From Candidatus Kaiserbacteria bacterium (GTDB lineage: Bacteria > Patescibacteriota > Minisyncoccia > Phycocordibacterales > UBA2100), in assembly GCA_016432285.1 (NCBI GenBank), contig CP066682.1:118434-182433 (forward strand): a DNA stretch of 64,000 nucleotides, written 5' to 3'. The notes beneath the pieces are model-generated. The model searched no databases and was not told the origin of the DNA. It worked only from the letters and a program-made list of their open reading frames with translations. The position numbers and the translations under genes are program-made. This document shows, in pieces, positions 17,918-27,548 of this stretch (positions within the stretch are counted from its first letter, which is position 1; every line of letters starts with the position of its first letter).

Positions 17918-19063
17918 ATGGAGCCGCTCGCCTCACAGATACGGCCAAAGAATCTCGACGAATTCGTGGGACAGGAGCACCTCACCGGTGCAGGCAAGCC
18001 GCTGCGGGTCGCGATTGAAAAGAAAGAGCTCTTCTCTTTCATCCTCTGGGGCCCGCCAGGCTCCGGCAAGACCACGATTGCGCGCATCTACGCCAATGCG
18101 GTGAATGCAGAGTTCCACGAAATCTCCGCTGTCGACGCGGGCAAAGAAGACATCCGAAAGCTGCTCCCGAAGCGCGGCGCGCTCCCGCTTGGGCAGCCGG
18201 TGATTCTTTTTGTCGACGAGATCCACCGCTTCAACAAAGCGCAGCAGGACTTTCTCCTTCCCTTCGTCGAGCGGGGCGATCTGACTCTCATCGGCGCCAC
18301 CACGGAGAACCCGAGCTTCGAGGTGATCGCTCCCCTCCTCTCGCGCTGCCGCGTCTTTGTCTTGCAAGAGCACTCGGAAAAGGAAATGGAAAAGATCATC
18401 GCGCGCACGAAAATCAAGATGCCGAAAGACGCGCGCGAGTGGCTCGTGCGCTTGGCGAGCGGCGACGCGCGCCAGGCGATCACCACGCTCGAGACGGCGC
18501 AGAAGCTCTACGGCAAAATTACGCTTGAGAATCTTAGGGAGGCGGTGCAATCGACGCACCTGCGATACGACAAAAAAGGCGAAGAGCACTACAACACCAT
18601 CTCGGCGTTCATCAAGTCGATGCGCGCCTCGCAGCCCGACGCCGCGCTCTACTATCTCGCGCGCATGGTGGAAGCTGGCGAGGATCCGAAATTCATCGCG
18701 CGGCGCATGGTCGTCTTTGCGAGCGAAGACATCGGGCTTGGTGCACCGACCGCGCTCGTGGTGGCCAACGCCGTCTTTGAGGCGGTCAACAAGATCGGCT
18801 ACCCTGAAGCGACGATCAACCTCGCGCACGGCGTCGCCTACCTCTCGCGGTGCAAGAAGGATCGCCGCGCGTACGACGCGATTTTCGCGGCGCTCGACGA
18901 CGTGAAAGTGCATGGCAATCTGCCGATCCCCATGAAGGTGCGCAACGCGCCTACGAAGCTCATGAAAGATTTGAAGTACGGAAAGGGCTACGAGATGTAC
19001 GACAAAGAATCGTACTTGCCCGACAAGATCAAAAAGAAAAAGTATTTGAAAGGTGAAAAATAG
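17918..19063 (+). CDS. rarA: replication-associated recombination protein A (MgsA/WRNIP1-type AAA+ ATPase)
   Basis: 381 aa. Walker A (LWGPPGSGKTT), Walker B (LFVDEIHRF) and the MgsA C-terminal domain (ALYYLARMVEAGEDPKFIARRM). Confidence 0.85.
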   Translation: MEPLASQIRPKNLDEFVGQEHLTGAGKPLRVAIEKKELFSFILWGPPGSGKTTIARIYANAVNAEFHEISAVDAGKEDIRKLLPKRGALPLGQPVILFVDEIHRFNKAQQDFLLPFVERGDLTLIGATTENPSFEVIAPLLSRCRVFVLQEHSEKEMEKIIARTKIKMPKDAREWLVRLASGDARQAITTLETAQKLYGKITLENLREAVQSTHLRYDKKGEEHYNTISAFIKSMRASQPDAALYYLARMVEAGEDPKFIARRMVVFASEDIGLGAPTALVVANAVFEAVNKIGYPEATINLAHGVAYLSRCKKDRRAYDAIFAALDDVKVHGNLPIPMKVRNAPTKLMKDLKYGKGYEMYDKESYLPDKIKKKKYLKGEK

Positions 19064-19090
19064 GAGGGCGGCGTGTTTGTCAAAGAAAGA

Positions 19091-19118
19091 CGGCCCGCGG
19101 GGTACACCCTGCGGGCCG
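19091..19118. repeat. REP-like palindrome ggcccgcggggtacaccctgcgggcc
   Basis: GC-rich imperfect palindrome. Its reverse complement recurs at 19812..19839, so the two copies bracket gene 19142..19723 in inverted orientation. Confidence 0.55.
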
Positions 19119-19141
19119 TCGAAATCGCGTGCCGAAGATTC

Positions 19142-19723
19142 TCAGTCGAATCTCGGGTGTCCCGGATAACGTTGAAGCAAACCTTCACGATCGTGCCAAC
19201 TCATCTCGATCATCATGTAGAAGACGAACTTCACGTTGGCCGCCGCAGCCACCGATTGCCAGCGGATGTCCGCCGGCAGGTAGTAGGCCGCAAGCAGCAT
19301 GATCGGCGAGAGTGCGACGAGGCGCCACCACCAGCGGCTGTGCGATTGCTCCCACGGCTCGTCGTAGCGTTTGTGACCAGTGTGCGAGTCATACACGAAC
19401 GCCGTTGCCGCAAGCGCGAAGGCAGCGGCGGCCGTGTGGATGATCCACGCAAAGGTGCCGGTGAGCTCGAAAGCCCTGACAACCACGATGAAGATTATTC
19501 CGGTTGCCATGAAAGACGCCGCTCCAAGCGACATGTTCTTCTGTCGCAAGAACATGTAGCCTGTTGCGACAAGCGTGATAAGCGCCGCCGCGTACGAAGC
19601 GAAAAAGTTTTCGCCAACGCTGAGAAGCGCATAGAGCACCACCAGCGCGATCTCGAGCAGTGCGACGGTGACGTACGCCTGTCGCAGCTCTGCCCGCTCG
19701 TATTGAGTCAGTCTCGTGCGCAT
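19142..19723 (-). CDS. hypothetical multi-pass membrane protein
   Basis: Start taken at MRTRLTQYER. Several hydrophobic helices; no recognisable motif. Confidence 0.4.
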   Translation of the reverse strand: MRTRLTQYERAELRQAYVTVALLEIALVVLYALLSVGENFFASYAAALITLVATGYMFLRQKNMSLGAASFMATGIIFIVVVRAFELTGTFAWIIHTAAAAFALAATAFVYDSHTGHKRYDEPWEQSHSRWWWRLVALSPIMLLAAYYLPADIRWQSVAAAANVKFVFYMMIEMSWHDREGLLQRYPGHPRFD

Positions 19724-19811
19724 GATACGAATCCTTCGTATATAGGTGCGAGAAAATCTCGCATCCGTGGGAGTGATAGCGCACATATCGAATAAGCGCA
19801 ATCAAATAGTG

Positions 19812-19839
19812 CGGCCCGCAGGGTGTACCCCGCGGGCCG
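19812..19839. repeat. REP-like palindrome (inverted copy of 19091..19118)
   Basis: ggcccgcagggtgtaccccgcgggcc. Confidence 0.55.
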
Positions 19840-19864
19840 TTTGAGTCGATGATCGTTTGCCGGA

Positions 19865-20140
19865 CTACGCCGACTGGAACTGCGAATCGAGCGCGGCGTC
19901 GATCCATCGTTTCTGAATAGCCGGATGTTGACCGCGATGTTCGAGACGCGCGAACACCATGATCGCATGGAGCACGGCCGTGGTTCGGGGAAGCGAAGCG
20001 TCGCGAAGGTGCAGCTCGGCGCGCGACATCTCTTCGAGGCTTCCCTCGGCGGGCATCTTGCCCGCAAACCACTGCCGCACAGCGGCGCCGGCTTTCCAGA
20101 CGCCTTCGTGCATCCGGTCGTAATCGAGAGGTTTCGGCAT
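19865..20140 (-). CDS. hypothetical protein
   Basis: 92 aa from MPKPLDYDRMHEGVW. A GGGAGAAAG RBS precedes the ATG. No homology recognised. Confidence 0.3.
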   Translation of the reverse strand: MPKPLDYDRMHEGVWKAGAAVRQWFAGKMPAEGSLEEMSRAELHLRDASLPRTTAVLHAIMVFARLEHRGQHPAIQKRWIDAALDSQFQSA

Positions 20141-20270
20141 GGCTTTCTCCCTTGTACCGAAGTGTGATGGCAACGTGGAACTTTGTGCCACCAGAAGGCA
20201 TACGCCCGAAGCGCGAGCGTGTCAATGCGGCGTACTAGTCCAGTACATTTGTCATGCGTGTACTGTTAGA

Positions 20271-20870
20271 TCACGTGTCTATCAGTTTTTCCGCTTCTTT
20301 CAAATGATTAGGAAAGATTACCAACCCGGCATTAATAAGGCATTTGAGATAGTCATCGAATGAGAGCCTGGGATTCTTCAATGCTTTTCTATGTTCTTTG
20401 ATCGTCTCCAATGTCTGATCTCGTTCTAAAGAAAGGTGATGAGTCAAGAATTGATCCGGGTGCTGTACTTCAATCCCAAAAGGAGCAAGAACATCGGAAG
20501 GAAAATGTTTTGTATTTGCAGTGACTATAAGGTCACAGCGGCCGCAAAGAGCCGCGATGACGACGTGTTCGTCTTTTGCGTCGGGCAGTTTCAAGCCAGG
20601 AACTGCGACGCCGTTACACTCTATTAGTGCGTCGGGAAATGCGATCCCCATGCGCTCAGTTACGTAGTCGATCTGCTGATTGGTAAGTCCAGCCTTTTTC
20701 AATAGGGCCTCTCTAAGCTCTTTCAGTATGTGGTCACTCCAGTGGATCCGGAACGTATCTCTCAATGCCAAGCGCAAAATGATGTCTCTTAGATATGAGG
20801 GATAGAGAACATTTGTGTCGAGGAAGACAGCGAATTTAGAGATCTGGAAGTTTATGGGGTCCATGCTCAT
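20271..20870 (-). CDS. PIN-domain toxin-like protein
   Basis: 199 aa; [15 protein letters not shown] starts a PIN fold with acidic residues at the expected positions. Lower GC than neighbours. Overlaps the upstream HTH gene by 35 nt. Confidence 0.6.
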   Translation of the reverse strand: MSMDPINFQISKFAVFLDTNVLYPSYLRDIILRLALRDTFRIHWSDHILKELREALLKKAGLTNQQIDYVTERMGIAFPDALIECNGVAVPGLKLPDAKDEHVVIAALCGRCDLIVTANTKHFPSDVLAPFGIEVQHPDQFLTHHLSLERDQTLETIKEHRKALKNPRLSFDDYLKCLINAGLVIFPNHLKEAEKLIDT

Positions 20871-21321
20871 TTGAGAATTCTGCTAGCTCATCAAGCGCCC
20901 GTTTAGCATCCGCCTTGCGCTGCGTAAGATATTTCATCAGATCCTGGAACAAAATCCGCCTGTGAGTACCAACCATATGATGAGGAATACTGCCGGCGTC
21001 TAATATTTTGATCAGATGCGGCCTCGAAACATTCAAGAGATTAGCGGCTTGGTGTGTTGTAAGTTCGGCGTGATACGGAACGATAGATACCGCACGGCCT
21101 TTGGACAAATCAAAAAGCATTCTTCTGAACAGTTCCACTATTACCGGATCTTGCACCTCAATTTGTTTTTTGTTTGTATCTACAAGAATTAACGACCCCA
21201 ATTCCCTCAAAAGATTGGCCGCAAATTCGATCGTGTTCTTATCCGGAACTATGGGTGTTAGAGGACTTAGAACACCTCTAGAATCGGGTATAACCTTGGT
21301 GTTTGAAGCTGAGTTCTTCAT
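20836..21321 (-). CDS. HTH (excisionase/MerR-like) DNA-binding protein, putative antitoxin
   Basis: 161 aa; [37 protein letters not shown] is an HTH_17-type motif. Immediately upstream of the PIN gene. Confidence 0.5.
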   Translation of the reverse strand: MKNSASNTKVIPDSRGVLSPLTPIVPDKNTIEFAANLLRELGSLILVDTNKKQIEVQDPVIVELFRRMLFDLSKGRAVSIVPYHAELTTHQAANLLNVSRPHLIKILDAGSIPHHMVGTHRRILFQDLMKYLTQRKADAKRALDELAEFSNEHGPHKLPDL

Positions 21322-21408
21322 ATGGGCAGTATATATCTAAATGCAATAAATGCAATGAAGGTGTGCACATCTCCTCTCCAGGTTAATTCTGCTGATATTG
21401 TGCGACGT

Positions 21409-22317
21409 ATGGCTGGCGATCTGAAGTCTCTCAAAACGCAGTTCCTCGAATACATCGAGATCGAAAAAGGCAGGAGCGTAAAAACGGTCGAGAATTACGA
21501 CCGCTACCTTTCGCGCTTTCTCACGCAGACCAAGGTGAGCACGCCGCGGCAACTCACCGAGCCCGTCGTGCGCGAATTCCGACTTTGGCTCAACAGGCAG
21601 CCGGGCGTCGCGGGAGACATGAAACGCAAGACACAAAATTACTATCTCATCGCGCTCCGCGCGTTTCTCAAATATCTTCGCAAGCAAAATATCGAATCGC
21701 TCCAGCCGGAGCGGATCGAGCTTGCGAAGGTGGGCGGGAGGGATCTGGATCTCATCACCGCCGACGAGCTCAATCGTTTGCTCCGTTCTCCTCAGGGCGA
21801 CGTGCTCCCCATGCTGCGCGACCGGGCGATGCTCGAGCTGCTCTTTTCCACCGGGCTCCGGGTCTCGGAGCTCTGCTCCCTCAACAGCGATCTCGATCTC
21901 TCTCGCGACGAATTCGCGGTGCGCGGCAAGGGCGACAAGGTGCGCGTGGTCTTTCTCTCGTCGTCGGCCAAAAAAGCGGTTGCGGACTATTTGAAAAAAC
22001 GCGGCGACATGGGCGAGGCACTCTTCGTGAGCTACGGCAGAGGCGGGGCGTCGAAAGATCTGCCGCGCATCACGCCGCGCTCCGTGGAGCGAATCGTAAA
22101 GCAGCATGCCATCAAAGCTGGTATCACGCGCAAAGTAACGCCGCATGTGATCCGCCACTCCTTCGCCACCGATCTTTTGGAAGGCGGCGCCGATCTCCGT
22201 TCCGTACAGGCGCTTCTCGGGCACGCCAACATCGCGACCACACAGGTGTACACGCACGTTACCGACAAACATTTGCAGGAAGTGCACAAAGCTTTTCACG
22301 GCAGGCGCAGAAAATAA
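21409..22317 (+). CDS. tyrosine recombinase XerC/XerD family
   Basis: N-terminal SAM-like domain. C-terminal catalytic motifs R...HxxR...Y (HVIRHSFATDLLEGGADLRSVQALLGHANIATTQVYTHV). Start chosen at MAGDLKSL. Confidence 0.8.
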   Translation: MAGDLKSLKTQFLEYIEIEKGRSVKTVENYDRYLSRFLTQTKVSTPRQLTEPVVREFRLWLNRQPGVAGDMKRKTQNYYLIALRAFLKYLRKQNIESLQPERIELAKVGGRDLDLITADELNRLLRSPQGDVLPMLRDRAMLELLFSTGLRVSELCSLNSDLDLSRDEFAVRGKGDKVRVVFLSSSAKKAVADYLKKRGDMGEALFVSYGRGGASKDLPRITPRSVERIVKQHAIKAGITRKVTPHVIRHSFATDLLEGGADLRSVQALLGHANIATTQVYTHVTDKHLQEVHKAFHGRRRK

Positions 22318-22348
22318 AAACAAAACCCGGGGCGAAGGAGGCCCCGGG
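22305..22348 (-). terminator. ilvC terminator
   Basis: Hairpin cccggggcgaaggaggccccggg preceded on plus by an A-rich tract (T-rich on minus), directly after the ilvC stop. Confidence 0.5.
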
Positions 22349-22376
22349 TGGCTTCGCGTCGCTTGGCGACGCTCGG

Positions 22377-23438
<1,062 letters not shown>

Positions 23439-23556
23439 CTAAGTGGAACCTCTCTCTATGGCAACGGTAGAGAGTAACCAGCGCACATGTAGGCGTGGCG
23501 GCATAGAGAAGTCAAGCACATGAAAAAGAAGAAAGCCGAGGGTGGGACTCGGCTTT

Positions 23557-23922
23557 TCAGTTTGCACTCGCGTTTGTTTTTCCCGCGCTGGTCAGCAACG
23601 TGCAATCCTGCAACGTTCTTCGCAATACGTAGAATCGCTTCGACGTGCGAATCTCGGCAAGTCGGCAGACCACCGGGTCGCCGACGCGTGCGTTTGCCCA
23701 TGCGGCGCCGGGCCAGTTGGATCGAATGTCGTCCGGAGTGCGAAACGACCAGTACCGCGTGGGCGGTACCATGCACGACACCTCGACGGCGCCGTCCTCG
23801 TATCCGATGGCCGTGATCTCACATCGGTCGTATGCCGGCGCAACGGTAAACTCGTGCGCCGTATTCTCTTGTGCGATCGCCGGAGAGGCGAGCAGCACAA
23901 GCACTGCGCAGAGTTTGTTCAT
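23557..23922 (-). CDS. secreted hypothetical protein
   Basis: Signal peptide MNKLCAVLVLLASPAIAQE. About 120 aa. Terminator hairpin (aagccgagggtgggactcggctt) just downstream. Confidence 0.4.
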   Translation of the reverse strand: MNKLCAVLVLLASPAIAQENTAHEFTVAPAYDRCEITAIGYEDGAVEVSCMVPPTRYWSFRTPDDIRSNWPGAAWANARVGDPVVCRLAEIRTSKRFYVLRRTLQDCTLLTSAGKTNASAN

Positions 23923-24069
23923 GGCAGGCACCTCCGCCTCCATCAGATTCCAACGGTGGCGTTTCGTCAATGCCAAAATTCATCCTCCCTTTCCGAGGTG
24001 ACACCTCGGGAGGTTGCGCAAACGAAAAAGCCGCGGGGACACCGCGGCTTTTTCCGGGAAAGGTCAAAC

Positions 24070-24318
24070 TTACGCGCTCTTGAGGCGCCGGTAGGGGTAG
24101 ATGATACGAATCACGTACTGCGGCTCCTTGATCACGATCGGCTTTTTCGGGAGCCGCACGCGGTAGCCGCTTCCCGAGTCGTCCCGCACTGCATTGAATG
24201 CAGACCACTCGCCGCTCCCCTTCTCGCCCGCAGGAGCAAACGCTGAAAACTTCCGATGCTCGTCGATTTGCTGCTTCCGTACTTCAAGAAATGCACTTAT
24301 GTGTTTCATACTGCGCAC
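24070..24318 (-). CDS. hypothetical small protein
   Basis: 82-aa ORF followed by a strong terminator (gccgcggggacaccgcggc plus T-run) at 24026..24056. Confidence 0.3.
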   Translation of the reverse strand: MRSMKHISAFLEVRKQQIDEHRKFSAFAPAGEKGSGEWSAFNAVRDDSGSGYRVRLPKKPIVIKEPQYVIRIIYPYRRLKSA

Positions 24319-24465
24319 GCGACTTGGTTATGATCGCTCTTTATGAAGACGCTTGATAAATCACCCCATTACCGTCCGGAAGTGGCAGCGGGCCGCCCCG
24401 GATACCCTTGATCCTAGGGCCCCCGGGGTGACGTTTCGGTGAACCCCGTATGCTATCGTGGTGCG

Positions 24466-25272
24466 ATGAAACTGATCTCCTGGAACGTCAACGGTATTCG
24501 CAGCATCCATCGGAAAAACCAGCTCGTTCCCTTCCTTGAAAAGGTGAAACCGGATATCGCCTGCTTCCAGGAGACGAAAGCGGAGGAGCATCAATCCGAA
24601 GTCGACCTCCCGGACTACGAGGAATACTGGCACTCTTCGAGCGGTAAGAAGGGGTATGCGGGGACGGCGATCTTCACAAAAGTGAAGCCTGAAGCCGTTT
24701 TTTTGGGGTTCCCGGCGGATATTCTCAAGAAATACAAGCTCAAGGACGGGTACGGCGACCCCAACGGCGAAGGGCGCGTAGTTGCCACGGAGTTCAAGGA
24801 TTTCTTCCTGGTCAATGTCTACACCCCCAACGCCAAGCCCGACCTGAGCCGCCTGAAGTTGCGGCACAAGCTGTGGGACCCCGCCTTTTTGGCCTATGTG
24901 AAGCAGCTCGAGAAGAAAAAACCCGTTATTTTCTGCGGCGATCTCAATGTGGCGCACACCTACGATGACCTCACCCATCCGGAGGCCAACGAGGGCGAGC
25001 ACGGCTTCACCAAGGAGGAGCGGGAGGGTATCGACGCGATCGTGGAGGCAGGATTCATCGACACATTCCGCATGTTTACCGAGGGCAAGGGCCACTACAC
25101 CTGGTGGAGCCACTTTAGCAACGCACGGGCGCGCAACGTGGGCTGGCGGATCGACTACTTTTTCGTCAGCAAATCGCTCCGACCGAAGGTCAAGACGGCC
25201 AAGATCCACCCCGACGCTTTCGGCTCCGATCACTGCCCGATTTCGCTCGATATCGACGTCCGGGGCGCCTAA
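24466..25272 (+). CDS. xth: exodeoxyribonuclease III (AP endonuclease)
   Basis: MKLISWNVNGIRS...CFQETK...GDLNVAH...SDHCPISLD are ExoIII/EEP family motifs. Confidence 0.85.
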   Translation: MKLISWNVNGIRSIHRKNQLVPFLEKVKPDIACFQETKAEEHQSEVDLPDYEEYWHSSSGKKGYAGTAIFTKVKPEAVFLGFPADILKKYKLKDGYGDPNGEGRVVATEFKDFFLVNVYTPNAKPDLSRLKLRHKLWDPAFLAYVKQLEKKKPVIFCGDLNVAHTYDDLTHPEANEGEHGFTKEEREGIDAIVEAGFIDTFRMFTEGKGHYTWWSHFSNARARNVGWRIDYFFVSKSLRPKVKTAKIHPDAFGSDHCPISLDIDVRGA

Positions 25273-25292
25273 AATCCCTGATTTTGGGCCCA

Positions 25293-25700
25293 TGTGCGGC
25301 TGTCCGTTCTATCGGACATATCCACACCCCTGTCCTTTACAATGTCCTTAAGGCGTGTATCCTTGATCGTTAGGGATTGGGATCACACGTCCTCAGTCCT
25401 TAATAGGTTGCGTCAATGATCTTTCATTCTTCGCTTATTTCTCAAGGCAGGGATTACGTTCTTGCTCACGGGTAAGTAAAGCAAGATAGGGCTCACGCCC
25501 TGGGATCTATTACAGGCACACTACACCTAAAGGGCAGTGCATAGCACTCCCACATTATAGGCTTCGTGCCCTCGTAAGATTCCGAACCTCCAGGCGCCAA
25601 CCACATCCAAGGCCGTTTCCAGGCTTGGGCTCACGTACTCATAGAGAGACGACGCGGGCCCCTTCTGGGGGCGGCCTTTTGGCTTTTTCGGTTGTCGGAA
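25293..25700 (+). ncRNA. candidate structured non-coding RNA (unidentified), about 400 nt, ending in an intrinsic terminator
   Basis: About 400 bp with no ORF on either strand. GC is about 50%, in a 65% background. Ends with a GC-rich hairpin plus T-run (gggccccttctgggggcggccttttggctttttcgg). RNase P, tmRNA, SRP and 6S consensus motifs were not recognised by eye. Confidence 0.25.
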
Positions 25701-25714
25701 TTTTTTTTTGAATA

Positions 25715-27184
25715 TTAAGAAACGTGATGCTTTTTACGAAGCTCGGCGACGGCGGCTTCGTCCTCCTCTTCTTTCCTCTCCTTCCCCGCTTCTCCCAACT
25801 TTTTCAAATCCGTGTCGTTGAGGTCCGCCAGCTCTCCGGCCCGCGACTCAAGATACGCTTCCGTATTTTTTTTCGGATCGTCGAGCACCTCTTCGAGCAG
25901 CGCATGCAGGATCCAGCCGATACGCGGGCCCGGCGCTTGCCCGAGCGCGATGAGACGCGAGCCGTCGATCTTGAGCATCGATACCGACACCGGATCGCGC
26001 ATCGCTTCTTCCACCATCGACATGTATTTTCGAAGCCGGAAGGGCTGCTCCTTGGGGCGACCCGTGCCGATCCGGTCGCAGATGCGCAAATTCAGCAAGT
26101 CTTTAATGTGATCGGTGCCCACATTGCGGATCGTGCGCCGCACCGCCGAGAGCGTAACGGTATCGGGATCGGAAAAAAACATGTGCCAGCGCACGAGGGA
26201 GCTCACACGCTCGATTGTCTCGCTCGAAAAGCGCAGATCCTTCAAAATCGCGCGCGCCATGCGAGCGCCGATCACCTCGTGGCCGTGGAAGGTCCAGTCT
26301 TTTTTCTCGTCGGACCATCGCCGGCTCGCGGGCTTGCCGATGTCGTGGAGGAGCGCGGCAAGCCGGATCAAAAGCGGCCACTCTTTGTCGGCCGCGTGCT
26401 GTAGGCTGCGCAAAAGATGCTCAAAGACGTCGTACGCGTGCGCCTGATTTTGCTCGACGCCGATCGCGGATACGAGCTCGGGGATCATGAAACGCAAGAT
26501 TCCAAGCTTCTGTGCCACGAAGATCGCCTGCATGGGCCGAGGGCTCTCTAAGATGCGGACCAGCTCGTCACGCACGCGCTCGCGCGATATTTTCTCCAGC
26601 AGCGGCGCGTCGGCAGCGATCGCGGCAGCCGTCTGTGGCTCCAGCGCGAAGTCGAGCTCCGCAGAGAGCCGCACGGCGCGCAACGTCCGAAGCGCATCTT
26701 CCTTGAAGCGCTCGTTCGGGTCTCCCACCGCAGCGATGCGCCGTGCGGCGAGATCTTCCCTGCCGCCGTGTTCGTCGATGATCTCTCCCGTGTGCGGGTC
26801 GTACGCGATCGCGTTGATCGAAAAGTCGCGCCGCTTCAGATCGTCGCTTAAGGAATCGCTGAAGCGCACTTCGTCGGGGTGCCGTGCGTTGGAGTATTCG
26901 CCTTCGATGCGGTACGGCGTGATCTCGACCACCTTCAGCTTCGGATCCTCGGATTTCGTAACCACGCCGACGGTGCCGAAATCGTTTTCATAAAACGTTT
27001 CTTCGAAGAGCGCCTGGATTTCCGGGGGCTTTGCGTTGGTCGTGATGTCCCAGTCCTTGGGCTCGCGACGCAAGAGCAGATCGCGCACGCAGCCGCCCAC
27101 GAGGTAGGATTCGAAGCCGCCCTTCTTGAGTACGGCGCACAGATTTTTTATTTCAGACGGCACGTGCAGATCAACCGTGTGCAT
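25715..27184 (-). CDS. cca: CCA tRNA nucleotidyltransferase / poly(A) polymerase with HD domain
   Basis: PolA head domain (GGCVRDLLL...DWDITT...RRDFSINA) and HD domain (LAALLHDIGK). Start chosen at MHTVDLHV; the longer upstream ORF would overlap tRNA genes. Confidence 0.8.
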   Translation of the reverse strand: MHTVDLHVPSEIKNLCAVLKKGGFESYLVGGCVRDLLLRREPKDWDITTNAKPPEIQALFEETFYENDFGTVGVVTKSEDPKLKVVEITPYRIEGEYSNARHPDEVRFSDSLSDDLKRRDFSINAIAYDPHTGEIIDEHGGREDLAARRIAAVGDPNERFKEDALRTLRAVRLSAELDFALEPQTAAAIAADAPLLEKISRERVRDELVRILESPRPMQAIFVAQKLGILRFMIPELVSAIGVEQNQAHAYDVFEHLLRSLQHAADKEWPLLIRLAALLHDIGKPASRRWSDEKKDWTFHGHEVIGARMARAILKDLRFSSETIERVSSLVRWHMFFSDPDTVTLSAVRRTIRNVGTDHIKDLLNLRICDRIGTGRPKEQPFRLRKYMSMVEEAMRDPVSVSMLKIDGSRLIALGQAPGPRIGWILHALLEEVLDDPKKNTEAYLESRAGELADLNDTDLKKLGEAGKERKEEEDEAAVAELRKKHHVS

Positions 27185-27242
27185 GTTCGTATTGTAGCTT
27201 GCCGTTGTGTTAAAACGATGGCGCCTGTAGACTTGGCGCACT

Positions 27243-27315
27243 GCTCCCGTGGTGAAACGGATATCACAACAGTCTTCGGAACTGTCGTTCCAGGTTCGAA
27301 TCCTGGCGGGAGCGC
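27243..27315 (+). tRNA. tRNA-Arg (anticodon TCG)
   Basis: Manual fold: acceptor GCTCCCG/CGGGAGC, anticodon stem ACAGT/ACTGT with loop CTTCGGA (anticodon TCG), T-arm CCAGG-TTCGAAT-CCTGG. CCA is not encoded. Confidence 0.6.
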
Positions 27316-27334
27316 AAAGAAGACCAACCCTCTG

Positions 27335-27405
27335 TGCGGATACGGGGAATCGAACCCCGATCTCGTCCTTGGCAAGGACGCGTTCTACCACTAAACCATA
27401 TCCGC
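27335..27405 (-). tRNA. tRNA-Gly (anticodon GCC)
   Basis: Minus-strand sequence GCGGATATGGTTTAGTGGTAGAACGCGTCCTTGCCAAGGACGAGATCGGGGTTCGATTCCCCGTATCCGCA. Anticodon loop TTGCCAA. Confidence 0.65.
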
Positions 27406-27493
27406 GATCCGCAAATTCTACCCGCTGATACGCATCCGGGGAACCTAACTTCTTGTATCATCCACCGAAGCCATATCCGCGATCCGCAAATTC
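27396..27493. repeat. 25-bp direct repeat ccatatccgcgatccgcaaattctac (two copies 47 bp apart); first copy overlaps tRNA-Gly(GCC) 5' end
   Basis: Identical 25-mers at 27396-27420 and 27468-27492, seen directly in the sequence. Confidence 0.6.
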
Positions 27494-27548
27494 TACACGA
27501 CGATATGCGCGCCTGAGATTATACAGGAGCGCTCGGTGTTTCAAAATT

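Noticed and set aside
16965-17948. 327-aa and 270-aa minus-strand ORFs
   Set aside because: Antisense to the OmpR-like regulator; no motifs; typical high-GC shadow ORFs.
17933-18913. 326-aa minus-strand ORF
   Set aside because: Antisense to rarA, which has unambiguous AAA+ motifs.
21337-22323. 328-aa minus-strand ORF
   Set aside because: Antisense to the Xer recombinase gene.
25293-25700. Assignment of the gene-free segment as tmRNA or RNase P RNA
   Set aside because: None of the hallmark motifs (tRNA-like TpsiC/acceptor end with CCA, GGAAAGUCCGG, AGGGTGAAA...GGTAAGAGCGCACC) could be found on either strand. Kept only as an unidentified ncRNA candidate.
25715-27391. Long 558-aa form of the cca ORF
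   Set aside because: The N-terminal 69 codons would overlap two tRNA genes, and the conserved PolA-head motifs begin after the internal Met (MHTVDLHV). The shorter start at 27184 was used.
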